A stretch of DNA of 64,000 nucleotides. It comes from Clostridia bacterium (GTDB lineage: Bacteria; Bacillota; Clostridia; Christensenellales; DTU072). A program made the translations under genes and the position numbers. Below, in pieces: positions 58,501 to 64,000 of this stretch (the first letter of the stretch is position 1; every line of letters begins with the position of its first letter). Under the pieces are notes generated by a model that saw nothing but the letters and a program-made list of their open reading frames with translations, had not been told where the DNA came from and did not search any database. The stretch lies in NCBI GenBank assembly GCA_045535785.1, contig JAZSMH010000060.1, positions 66,560 to 130,559 of the forward strand, given 5' to 3'.

Positions 58501-60916
58501 GAGCGTTACTACCCTCTACGTTACTTGCTTTGTCGTACGGTAAAGTAATTCTTATAGACAGTTCGGTACATATCGTCGAGCCCGTTACGTCATAGACGCC
58601 TTCACACTTCTTACTACCTACGTAGAAGGTTACTTTTTGAGACGAGGTCTTACCACTGCTCGTATATACAAGTATCTTTTCAATTCCTGAACCGTTGTTG
58701 TACTCTCCTTTGTCAACGTAATAATAAGGCTTGGTATCTACTTCTTGTTTATCGTCAGGTTTGAGCCTGTTATTATAGGTAAGATCTCTAACGGTGAGCG
58801 TGAATGCAACGTCGTTGTATCTGTTACCCGCTTTGTAACTGTCGTTGGAGGTACTTATACCGTATTCATCGGTAATTTTTACCTCGGGCGCAACGGTATC
58901 TATGCTATATGGCATTTTGCTGGGAATACCACTCGCTAAATCGGTAAGGTCTCCACCAAATATGTTAAACACGTTACCTGCATTGTCGGTTACGTCTATA
59001 GCTAAGCTGTCTAGAATATCTACGTCGTAAGGAAGATCGAAAGTGTAGGTATTAAGCTTATATATACCTGCGCCATCAGTCTTTTCGGTACCTGCCGAAA
59101 CGCCTTTGCCTACAGACAAGGTGTGTGTTTTGCCATTATTAGTCATGGTTACGACAAAGCTTTTAACTCCCGCTTTGTAATAACCGTCGGTAACTTTAAT
59201 AGCGTCGCCTACTTGGTCCTTGATGCTTATTGAAACACGTAGCGGTGCGTCCGTCCACTTGGTAGTATCATCTGCCGTAAAGTCATTACCAGTCCTAGAA
59301 ACCGTCATTGAGCTTGATAACGTGCCGTTAGCATATTCCGGTATCGAAATATCGGTAAAATAGTAACTTCCTACACTCGTCGTTTTTCCTACGTTACCTG
59401 CATAATCGGTAATCTCAACGTCATATTTTCCGTTGAGATAATTTTTCTCGGTTGTTTTTACACTGTAATATGCGTATACATAACCGGTCCCTCTTGAAGA
59501 AGCAACATTTGGAGCCGTAAACGAATAGTTTTGCGTAACGTTCTTAATTACTACCTTAGTTACGTAGGTGTAAGTACCGTTATAGGTACTGCTGTCCGGA
59601 TCGTTACATTTAACTCTAATCGTTACGTCACCGTTATATGCAGCATCTACCGTGTCATTCATGATTTTGCCACTCGCGCTTCTATCTAGAGTTGTATTGC
59701 TTTTATCTAACGAGTCCGTTTTTATGAACGCAATTTCCGAATACGCTGGTGGCTGGTTATCTATTTTTAATGCTGTAGCGTTACGCGCCGTTGCGGAATT
59801 TGTTCCCGTAAGCGCTGATTTGGCCGTCAACGTTACCCCACCATAGGTTGTATACGCGGATGAGGTGTAAGACACTGCATTAATATTGTTGAAAGGTATA
59901 TTCACTTGGGCACTTGTTGCCGAAGTATAGTAAGTTCCCGTCATGGAATTCAATCCATAATTTGCAGAGGCATAGTACTTGACGGATCTCGAAGGCTTGT
60001 AAGGATCCGATGGATCCACCCAAGTGGAACCGTTAAGATTTCCACACGATACCGTAGAGGGAGTGCCTGATTCGTTAGTCTTAAGTGTAAGTGTCGGGCT
60101 ACTGATCGATACGGAAGCGGTGGCCGTTTTGTCGCAACCACTCTGAGAAGCTGATGCGCTGGCAGTTATAGTGTAGGTATAGTCTCCGCTAAACGAAAGA
60201 CTACCACCTCCTGTATGTGTCGCACTGCTTATCAAACCAGCACCTATTAATTTACCCCACGTGCTATCATAGGAAAACTTGAACTTACTGTAGCAAGTGG
60301 TCGAAACAGAAGGATCTTTGCCAGTCTGACTAGCCGAATTAGAAGCGGATTTACCGCTAAACGTTCTTTCTTTAGCGCAACCAGTATAGTCCTTGCCAAA
60401 TTCTTGCGTTTCATCATAGCCAGCATCAGCTGCTTTCATTGCGTTATTTACAGCTTGCTCTTCATTAAGGGGAACTGGTACACTTTCGGTATCATCATTA
60501 ATTATTACCATGGATATGACAGTACTACTATCGCCGAAAACATCGACCGTGCCGTCTTCGAACCAAACTTTGAGTCTGCCGTCGGGAAGATTGTCGCAAG
60601 CGACTGCTTCTTTAGTCGCCATCGCTAAAGTTAAACGCGCATTCTCTACGTTCTCGTCGTTCTTTACGTTATTGACCACCGTTTCAAACGTAGTATCCGT
60701 AGCGTCTTGATTTTGCGTTGCTAAACTCTCCTCGTAGCGTAAGTTATCCGAAGTATTCTTATCGGTGATGAGGGTGCAACCTAACATCATAAAGATCGCT
60801 ACCGCCACAATGAAGATCAGTAAGGGTATATCCCTATAACTGCGCTTCTTGTGCGTAGAAGTGATAGCGTTATTCTCCTTGCTTATTTCGGTAATATTCT
60901 TAGTAACGTCGGTCAT
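46514..60916 (-). CDS. Giant surface protein (4,800 aa): N-terminal lipobox/TM anchor, many Ig-like modules, C-terminal GLUG-motif beta-helix-like array
   Basis: Single uninterrupted 14.4-kb ORF. N-terminus: ...KKRSYRDIPLLIFIVAVAIFMMLGC. Recurrent 'ID.t.P.v ... D.aGN' signatures occur (IDTVAPEVKI, DVTDNAGNV, DTTAPELTKV, ITDRAGNVTE, IDNTTPIVYV). The last ~900 aa carry repeated GLUG-like units (FGLFGQLNGKVNNL..., AGGIVGSASG, VGGLAGTLG, GSGTADAPFIVESAEDF). Confidence 0.9.
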   Translation of the reverse strand: MTDVTKNITEISKENNAITSTHKKRSYRDIPLLIFIVAVAIFMMLGCTLITDKNTSDNLRYEESLATQNQDATDTTFETVVNNVKNDENVENARLTLAMATKEAVACDNLPDGRLKVWFEDGTVDVFGDSSTVISMVIINDDTESVPVPLNEEQAVNNAMKAADAGYDETQEFGKDYTGCAKERTFSGKSASNSASQTGKDPSVSTTCYSKFKFSYDSTWGKLIGAGLISSATHTGGGSLSFSGDYTYTITASASASQSGCDKTATASVSISSPTLTLKTNESGTPSTVSCGNLNGSTWVDPSDPYKPSRSVKYYASANYGLNSMTGTYYTSATSAQVNIPFNNINAVSYTSSAYTTYGGVTLTAKSALTGTNSATARNATALKIDNQPPAYSEIAFIKTDSLDKSNTTLDRSASGKIMNDTVDAAYNGDVTIRVKCNDPDSSTYNGTYTYVTKVVIKNVTQNYSFTAPNVASSRGTGYVYAYYSVKTTEKNYLNGKYDVEITDYAGNVGKTTSVGSYYFTDISIPEYANGTLSSSMTVSRTGNDFTADDTTKWTDAPLRVSISIKDQVGDAIKVTDGYYKAGVKSFVVTMTNNGKTHTLSVGKGVSAGTEKTDGAGIYKLNTYTFDLPYDVDILDSLAIDVTDNAGNVFNIFGGDLTDLASGIPSKMPYSIDTVAPEVKITDEYGISTSNDSYKAGNRYNDVAFTLTVRDLTYNNRLKPDDKQEVDTKPYYYVDKGEYNNGSGIEKILVYTSSGKTSSQKVTFYVGSKKCEGVYDVTGSTICTELSIRITLPYDKASNVEGSNALYIVAIDKCGNVSDGTKHTASGTTDSYATRSTRSYADNSYTFSDPKVNDANCANASDKSYDYYVSQDKTLSGYKFEYYVIKDYYTPQVIVTDKDGTVIASTNGYDSTSLSYVFPWSNDHESQQFIIHYVYGCSGGDPTLKMNGTNISLSTIDPYARNASDTTIKPTTVNNVTDSDSIYGSQSSGLSTQTLDVNTTYKVHTETINVDGVDARNTYTMSFKNKENVSTEEITITTQIDVSAPETFTLMGFAPGNVTKDNINTYVDSSGNATSKLTQETVLTDGTWYNIENSKEYWALFKVADNYSGIAVDGNDLTPGSANDKTGAHEKYYGIDGKYDKAGEELTQSADAEILDELGNPKTYSKGILTEVFADDPDKVEVFRESSFVFAFRYVGAKGTYTYYEHGYVQKLGNYYYVVVRLFDRNRLETEGNCSGFKTTETEGKKRNIWDVSTGTFLDYSVAIRDFLGNTRTYGSTNVAFAANKDANLRKGLDNSDNAIYTTNSSGTTFSSSYVLRYYVDPFPTYADLSFYTFPSDMTTSSLPGSGSASTMGSYGVQPFLHSSTLPGLTQDQSWGVYDDGFVHTAEWTMSNVIMEIEVKQSLSEPVITWGQGNRVDYPSVPNGTVNFDWTVSDFRDNKSIGWVVFYAKESKDIKLGVQITNKAGASVDTVLSKTTGSNDYYFILKQDTTAPELTKVFFADNPNETTINNSQLAFDAKLNGDNYTFTLDKNNSSSFVTGQTDPFVWATQNLYAYFIVSDRQAYYRYVTDENGNYIVGSDGEYVKQLEGYTMGSGAHVTEGFKVNDSVCRLVEDYVHSEKDKSERMYVYDGKSWGLTAKTGQASFNFTVKDNMDNATDGSYVDVDKNGFKLFPVVDTVDVESKLQPITWTEGSATKTYTTPTTVSKYGKNVNVMKGEATTKTDIDLTINFTTGISGVKMYLKEVDWDEANKDKSVIGLCSPFDDFVMGKFVENNFDYAANGWGYYVNKVFVPGAIAYQSSNANSINDTESIASIRISMTSLKKRLYLLAVSGVGRYYLIDLGSIFIDSEPVQFDSNMTIFAVESSASMTEDETHGEIAYANMQTIWTNVVGDAYTNGKVYIYYQLSDGASGIDDSTVVCSGGDYNGTKLEKILVTGIPVWFVDGYATNVRVYTSNEAEPTVEKDGNYVRLNGLTTKLLYSKVTAKNVYKGYIDEVYYRLLIPTATKDVVIDARDISGNVWNETTGIGAKNTLYSIKIDTAPVKVSSTTKYVSTDKTYYGSMVAYTNDSVKMSWRVEYGSSGFGYIAYTRTNNFQGIIDQYSTVNGVNVPKVSISKNGTFVLEYLDSLGNAQKYDTYVEKTNEVNVRANAGVWQINGQDTAVNVATKYYSSFGTATYTIDYASNKAKITDSSKTGPARIIYNNLDIPIIDVDGNGYIIMSYLDYKGDFIQIDTGYKRTSDIVKLNTKLGTGEKGTEKNAYYWAIDGKITTARVAAAPIYPNSIHDVTWEINGVGANAIITLIDKYEETYAELRAPSIRYADNNEIIINFYNGTRFVDVFTGVNKPVVTDPKADALVNVTVIDGCWAVQGKKLITAPVNYAYYSTKVEDKTWVVCPDKNYIVCEFIVGNNTDMSVTYTICAYNNVIEELSKGAEEKDIVITYPKPAEGTVQSEYGEYEQQKYNAKWNISYGADAVGYVDYEVIDDKGNLFTNKELLFPVVSFSETNTVVLEYYDSNDKLQIYDTGVYAIGNKVTLAITNPSSGAYCVVSVEDNEKTVTIPVSYTKYSAHLTPTWIYDFKANTITLSDSSATGLAHNVFNTMLNEVLKVTIASNTVSLTVGAVTKSKQYTGTNGMVTLTTREVDGVYKFHINGEDMDIPVHSSYPTNFYDVEWTWNAISSSNYSIVDNIVNASVRMRVPTFTNDNNKVRITYLTNTGTTESKITSIDWPSDNTFTLTAKVNGGARTWYIDNVTTGINLTDIYHNLLVGTIWDYDFASSTVQLTMPVSKTNAHLTYIIKAANNQPEKAFNRPVSEYASSIVSIDITAPVINLDSGNFAELATSEDIWHALAKSLRISIYDGTSGIGDSGKEKETIDNVQINYEDAYITGEDGESTVTLWLVKCDDGLYRAYNGNKELYYFDKNIKYTIKITDRAGNVTEKEFIPKVDTASANVSNIIAYDKEGNKYAQGTPSVDWLKDTGISTINWMQDYAYVTMDITYGKSGYTLYVSENYKKNVNGGLDGTWTELDLDLGHYERIGDPVYNASTGLYTDTIKYYVGKGVSYLYKYYMFRALSNAQNTELNVYKSYKNSSIPRATEIGDSSPDSINYKLRIELESYESADQGGAQYAEISIGKRVISSLIAIDKTKPTLDVVAKDSNKDFYGYYNADGVWEIPDGEWVNNSVTMTVTLDSPSAYISGNAFFYRTYAKNLDGDYVWSEWTMVLPTGRVYVKQGGKWTQQSGSSSSISIEGKIRYYNDGISNDQTVMISNYASALNYKLEDSTNNVVYEYFTMTGAGIESEHRTVGRIDDRGTASVNDDLIYGIKIDTNTPNVIASGKATYSVFDESAIDIQEQLKAAYNNVNNVSYVVTANAVWTYYNSVVMNFTISNVGYSGVTLKIGGEVFDVITYEDYKNATQSGSSSIYRYYYVGNNGETRKDVAIDTFAGTEGSGTTVYARIDNTTPIVYVNSIDGTKATNWGWSAEDNLYSDSIEYWYVSETEINLGVGIVENNAFVDSEPYSGYEIEYQVNGEGEWLPVAGDVLRFSGIGENVINGNTYKFRITSGAGLYYYIGTEIIDNHKNTNTAVTFHGQNIVNTIENVTGSAPVQSHVVKGEIGSEVLDYHNVKSEYQMFVDANRYSYTYNGKVYLGKDYGYDINTNNFMSYTTRESDANGEFSDTFDTQFHRGDVLELTYVAKHDVITDHSYYGSGYNYFHSYTVGSPDGSDEPYCAGEEKTGKFKVQFIDDHINLVGYFIAEVRVDYGGTNVDGQDVFYKQTAQGSMATTGIASYVYTDGTTVKSVNVALSYEYHRYNENTNLNRDNSVGIDTPSEVGAYYVYTYATADDKGTYGSFRITGKDSVNGATDYKDFVIKYFAKPVQLTEERENGQLKSSDKKEITTYYLINNETDFYYVDNNYYNLYPEGSKDGEGNDISGMVVPTPSTYLDSNFILNADLTINKRLEGIYTGTFNANGADNEGYTKVTNTNTENGEKTTTVTGYSEAIHTITIEANGITNGKHSVFERVDGTVKNLAITLSDVMTISLSASANTNVGLLAGTLNGLVHNVSVTGDIVLDGVSTTVDEVNVGGLAGTLGEKAVLGQNSDLVYVDVRITNNGKLVNNANVSTLAGYVKKGAKFNNVQVFGEVTVYGVNNSVNIGTVYGNADEASYDGATINYFANNAFLNDYTVSGASSSSRAVTINGLVAVNYASMVGNDATVAGNTIEDVIIGRLYSDFGYQYNGTDTAYGIGTEASPLIIDKVEHLMAIDGYMNLHFVIATSQNNANTTLDMSDYDATVAIHKVFNGSLDTQDGSFAVLSNFAGSVDTFDGNYFGLFGQLNGKVNNLVFSDIAVDFTYEGDNALYAGLVAGKIYNNAVINNIVLIGTQKITSTSGAVYAGGIVGSASGGRIYDVFSMNNISVNGTQVVAGGIVGIANDLYLYNEATDGAIYLLGRVEGNASSLVVGAAIGSGALGAETINVYAIKNNTYNNGAVLESKPIGSTTNSYGIKMVEFTDDGMRGSSFASGDNAFGIVFGGYYPLRGSGTADAPFIVESAEDFNYVNIALYANYSITKSITFTEFTTIGEGLVFSGSINGSGGDNISAEESSIASLSGLDAPLVYNNIGNISNISLNIVYENTVKSGETFYFGAIAIYNSGTIKNVTVAGSVDITSEANDTTLYVSGFVGINYGGDIILDGSGEEISKIQNSISALDITVNGGGTAYVGGYAGVIEQGQPKFSYGLATGTITITDVQTVYAGLFAGASYGECEWVLGEAASIDYTYTITVDGVAIPKVDENGDPIEDNFYGVEFIK

Positions 60917-61020
60917 GGTTCAGTCCGTCCTTTAAAATAATTTCGATATTCGTGTTGTGTGGCGTATTCGTGTACGCTCACGCGCGTGTAGCACGCTAAA
61001 TGTTATACTTATATAGTATA

Positions 61021-61049
61021 ATATTAACCCACGTACGAGAAGTTGTCAA
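61021..61049 (-). promoter_or_regulatory. Promoter of the 4,800-aa gene
   Basis: Minus sense: TTGACA, a 17-nt spacer, then TAATAT. It leaves a 5' UTR of about 95 nt. Confidence 0.6.
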
Positions 61050-61081
61050 TACCTATTTTGAAAAAAGTTGCGTTATTTGCT

Positions 61082-61110
61082 AAAAAAAAAGCGCACTCAA
61101 AGTGCGCTGA
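61082..61110 (-). terminator. Rho-independent terminator after rsmA
   Basis: Minus sense: agcgcact-ttg-agtgcgct, followed by ttttttttt. Confidence 0.85.
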
Positions 61111-61126
61111 AAAGTCGGCTTAGGCG

Positions 61127-61960
61127 TTAGTTATTATATCGAAAAATGGCGTCCGACAATAAAATCATATCTTCTATCGATAGTGCTTCTCCCCTAATCA
61201 TGGGTGAAAAATTGAGAGAAAGTAAGATTTTTTCGCAGTCGGATTTTGTTAAAGAAAATACCGAAATAAGGTTGTTTACGAGCGTCTTACGGCGCATCAA
61301 AAATGCGGATTTGGCTACTTTTTTGAAAGTATTATAATCGGCAAAATTATACTTATTCTTATTAACGTCTATCCTTACGATAGCGCTATCAACGTTGGGA
61401 ACGGGATAGAACAAAAATCTACTAACGCTCCTAACTATTTCTGCATCCGCTATAGAGTTAATGCTAACGGTCAAACTACCGTAGTCTTTTGTGTCGTTTT
61501 TTGCTACAATTCTATCGGCAACTTCTTTTTGCATCATAAGTGTAAGGCTCTTAACGTCTAGAGTGCTTTCTATAAAACGCATAATAAGGGGCGTTGTTAT
61601 ATAATACGGCAAATTGGCTACCACTTTGAATGGTTCGGGAACCAAAACTCTAAAATCGTCGTCGGAAAGTTTCAGCACGTCAAGGAAGTGAAGAGTGAGA
61701 TTATCGCACCCTGAAGTCATCTCTCTAATGATAGGCTCTAGGCTGTTATCTACTTCAAAACTTATAACTCGCTTTGCCTTTTTACATAGTTTTGCCGTTA
61801 GCGTACCCCCACCCGTGCCTATCTCGACAACGGTGTCTTCTTCGGTGATCCCCGCATCAAAAACGATGGCGTTAAGAAGATTGCCGTCGGATATAAAGTT
61901 CTGACCGAGAGCCTTCTTGAAGCGAAAATTATTCTTAACTAAAACTTCTTTTAATTCCAT
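61127..61960 (-). CDS. rsmA: 16S rRNA (adenine1518/1519-N6)-dimethyltransferase
   Basis: 277 aa. LGQNFISD and EIGTGGGTLT SAM motif; KsgA family. Confidence 0.93.
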   Translation of the reverse strand: MELKEVLVKNNFRFKKALGQNFISDGNLLNAIVFDAGITEEDTVVEIGTGGGTLTAKLCKKAKRVISFEVDNSLEPIIREMTSGCDNLTLHFLDVLKLSDDDFRVLVPEPFKVVANLPYYITTPLIMRFIESTLDVKSLTLMMQKEVADRIVAKNDTKDYGSLTVSINSIADAEIVRSVSRFLFYPVPNVDSAIVRIDVNKNKYNFADYNTFKKVAKSAFLMRRKTLVNNLISVFSLTKSDCEKILLSLNFSPMIRGEALSIEDMILLSDAIFRYNN

Positions 61961-62070
61961 ATTTTTCCTGTTGATTTTTGATATTTTCGTAGTATACTAA
62001 AATCGTACGAAAGATAAAATTTTTTTACTGAAGCACAAAAGAAAAAATGATTGTTTTTTATGCCGATACG

Positions 62071-62655
62071 TTATTTTATTAACTCTCTTATTCTTAGCGG
62101 AATATTGAGATTATCGGCAACTTTTTTTGCTTCTTCGATATTTACTTCACCATTGTCTACGATACTAAATACAACGTTCATTCCGTTTACCTTACAGTCG
62201 CCTGCAAATTCTAATAGGCTAGCAAAGCCATTCTCTCCAAAAATGCAATTACATAGTTCGTTATAGGCTTTTGCGTTATGCGCGTTGAGTGAGATGCTAA
62301 CGGTATCCACTCTATTTTTTAATTTCTCCGCAACGCCTTCACCTACTATGAGTGAAGCTTGACCGTTGGTGTTAAGGCGGATATTCTTACCCTTATTTTT
62401 TAGAAAATCGGCTACGGTTATTATTTCGTTAAGCCTATACAAAGGCTCGCCGTAACCGCAAAATACGTAGTTGTCGTATTTATCTAGATAAGGATGAAGT
62501 GCGGATATAATCTCTTCGCTAGTCGGCTCTTTTTTTAGCCATAGCGAAAATTCTGAATATCTATCGCTAGTATTCCTTACGCAAAAAGTGCAATCGTTAC
62601 TGCACTTGTTGGTTAGATTGATATAAACGTTGTTATCGATTAGGTATGCTATCAT
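62071..62655 (-). CDS. Small radical SAM protein of the TatD-associated type
   Basis: 194 aa. CxxxCxxC at the N-terminus (NKCSNDCTFCVRN). Overlaps the upstream TatD gene stop by 4 nt. Confidence 0.75.
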   Translation of the reverse strand: MIAYLIDNNVYINLTNKCSNDCTFCVRNTSDRYSEFSLWLKKEPTSEEIISALHPYLDKYDNYVFCGYGEPLYRLNEIITVADFLKNKGKNIRLNTNGQASLIVGEGVAEKLKNRVDTVSISLNAHNAKAYNELCNCIFGENGFASLLEFAGDCKVNGMNVVFSIVDNGEVNIEEAKKVADNLNIPLRIRELIK

Positions 62656-63425
62656 TTTAGTTTGTTAAAAAACGCGTAGGCGTTGCTTGTAGTTATCTCT
62701 TCTATTTCTTCCTTGGTTACCGATAGAATTTCCGCGATTCTTTCCGCCACCAAATTAACGTAACGCGGATAATTGGTCGTGCCCCTAAACGGTACGGGCG
62801 TCATATACGGACAGTCGGTCTCGAGAAGCAACTTATTAACGTCCATACTTCTTATTATATTGGGTTTTTCGGTGGCATTCTTAAAGGTAACCGCGCCACC
62901 GAAAGAGTAGTATGGGTTGAACTCATTATACCTAGCCATCATTTCTTTGCTACCGCTATAACAATGAACGAGTATGCCGTAGGTAAGAAGAGAATCGTTC
63001 TCTTTTAATAAATCGTACATATCTTGGTACGCATCGCGCAAGTGAATGACTACGGGGGCTTGAAGAGAGTGCGCGAGTTCTAGTTGTTCTACAAAAACGC
63101 GCTTTTGCACTTCTCTTGGGCTTAGATCGTAATAGTAATCAAGCCCTATCTCCCCTATTGCCACCGTCTTTTCGTCTTTATATAACGATTCGAAAAGATA
63201 GTAGTCGCTTGTCGTTGCTAACTTTGCATCGTGCGGGTGTATTCCCACCGCGCAATATAGATTATCGTACTTTTTTGCTAATTCAAACGCCGTATTACTG
63301 CTTTCTCTATCGTATCCCACGTTAATTATCTTCGACAAATTGTCGTTAAGCATATTGCTTACGATATTGTCGGCGTCATCTATTAGACGCTTGTCGTTCA
63401 TATGTGCGTGGGTGTCGATAAGCAT
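62652..63425 (-). CDS. TatD-family metal-dependent hydrolase
   Basis: 257 aa with the typical MLIDTHAHMN start and conserved His/Asp/Glu ladder. Confidence 0.9.
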   Translation of the reverse strand: MLIDTHAHMNDKRLIDDADNIVSNMLNDNLSKIINVGYDRESSNTAFELAKKYDNLYCAVGIHPHDAKLATTSDYYLFESLYKDEKTVAIGEIGLDYYYDLSPREVQKRVFVEQLELAHSLQAPVVIHLRDAYQDMYDLLKENDSLLTYGILVHCYSGSKEMMARYNEFNPYYSFGGAVTFKNATEKPNIIRSMDVNKLLLETDCPYMTPVPFRGTTNYPRYVNLVAERIAEILSVTKEEIEEITTSNAYAFFNKLK

Positions 63426-63428
63426 GTT

Positions 63429-64000
63429 TTACGATACGGTTGCGCCACCGCCTACTTTTACCGAAGGTTCTACGCTAAATACGCCTTCTTCATTCTCGGC
63501 AAACAAGATCATACCTTCGCTTAGTACGCCTGCTAGCGTTGCGGGCTTTAGGTTGCAAACAACTATTACTTCTTTGCCTACCATTTGTTCTGCGGTATAG
63601 TACTTAGCTACGCCACTAACAATGCTTCTTACTTTATCCCCCGTGTCTACGGTGAAGCAAAGTAACTTCTTGCTCTTGGGGTGATTCTCTGCGGTGAGAA
63701 TTTTGCCTACCTTAAGTTGAACTTTGGCAAAGTCGTCAATGGTTATCTCTTGATAAACTTGTTCTTCATGCTTCTTGGGGGCGGGTTGGGCGGGCTTCTC
63801 TTCTTTCTTTTCTTCCTTTTTGCCTGCGAGTTTTTCTAATTCTAGGCTTTCTTTGTTTACGTCCACACGCTTAAATAGTGCGGTGCTCTTAATTATCTTC
63901 TCGCCACCTTTTAGTACGCCGTATTGAAGCGCATCACCAAATTCGGTGGGAATTTCGCAAGAAAGGTCGTTTAAGATTTTCTTAGCGGTTTCTGGCAAGA
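63429..64000 (-). CDS. metG: Methionine--tRNA ligase, C-terminal part only (5' end outside the window)
   Basis: C-terminal Trbp111/EMAP-like tRNA-binding domain (ITIDDFAKVQLKVGKILTAENHPKSKKLLCFTVDTG...). The frame is open to the window edge. The metG-tatD-...-rsmA order is classic in Bacillota. Confidence 0.85.
   Translation of the reverse strand, partial: LPETAKKILNDLSCEIPTEFGDALQYGVLKGGEKIIKSTALFKRVDVNKESLELEKLAGKKEEKKEEKPAQPAPKKHEEQVYQEITIDDFAKVQLKVGKILTAENHPKSKKLLCFTVDTGDKVRSIVSGVAKYYTAEQMVGKEVIVVCNLKPATLAGVLSEGMILFAENEEGVFSVEPSVKVGGGATVS

Overview
This is a chromosomal segment of a low-GC Gram-positive (Bacillota/Clostridia-like) genome that uses the standard genetic code. By eye, not computed, it is roughly 40% GC. 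Almost all genes are on the minus strand. The recognisable housekeeping genes are valS, hslO, groES-groEL (with a CIRCE operator), tsaD, prfB, secA, glyQS, ybaB-recR, dnaX, rsmA and a metG-TatD-radical SAM block. Two tRNAs are present: Gln-CTG and Arg-CCG. Two giant single ORFs dominate the window and together take about 25 of 64 kb. One encodes about 3,557 aa with many YGX/'MBG'-like repeats and a C-terminal TM anchor. The other encodes 4,800 aa with an N-terminal lipobox anchor, Ig-like modules and a C-terminal GLUG-type array. Both look like adhesin or surface-layer proteins, and neither ends in an LPXTG sorting signal. The clearest accessory region is an AT-rich four-gene cassette at 23.25-25.53 kb between groEL and tRNA-Gln. 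It encodes a WYL-domain protein, a small basic His-rich protein whose gene overlaps its downstream partner by 8 nt (toxin/immunity-like), and one more small acidic protein. The non-coding oddities are as follows. A perfect 84-bp tandem duplication sits in the valS leader, where a T-box would be expected and none is recognisable. A GC-rich hairpin motif recurs at three or more intergenic sites. The repeat-dense gap between the two tRNAs holds two ~65-bp repeats and an (AGTGAAG)8 microsatellite inside a 21-bp inverted repeat. A 56-aa zinc-ribbon ORF is missing from the ORF track. All functional calls rest on motif recognition by eye; no searches were run.
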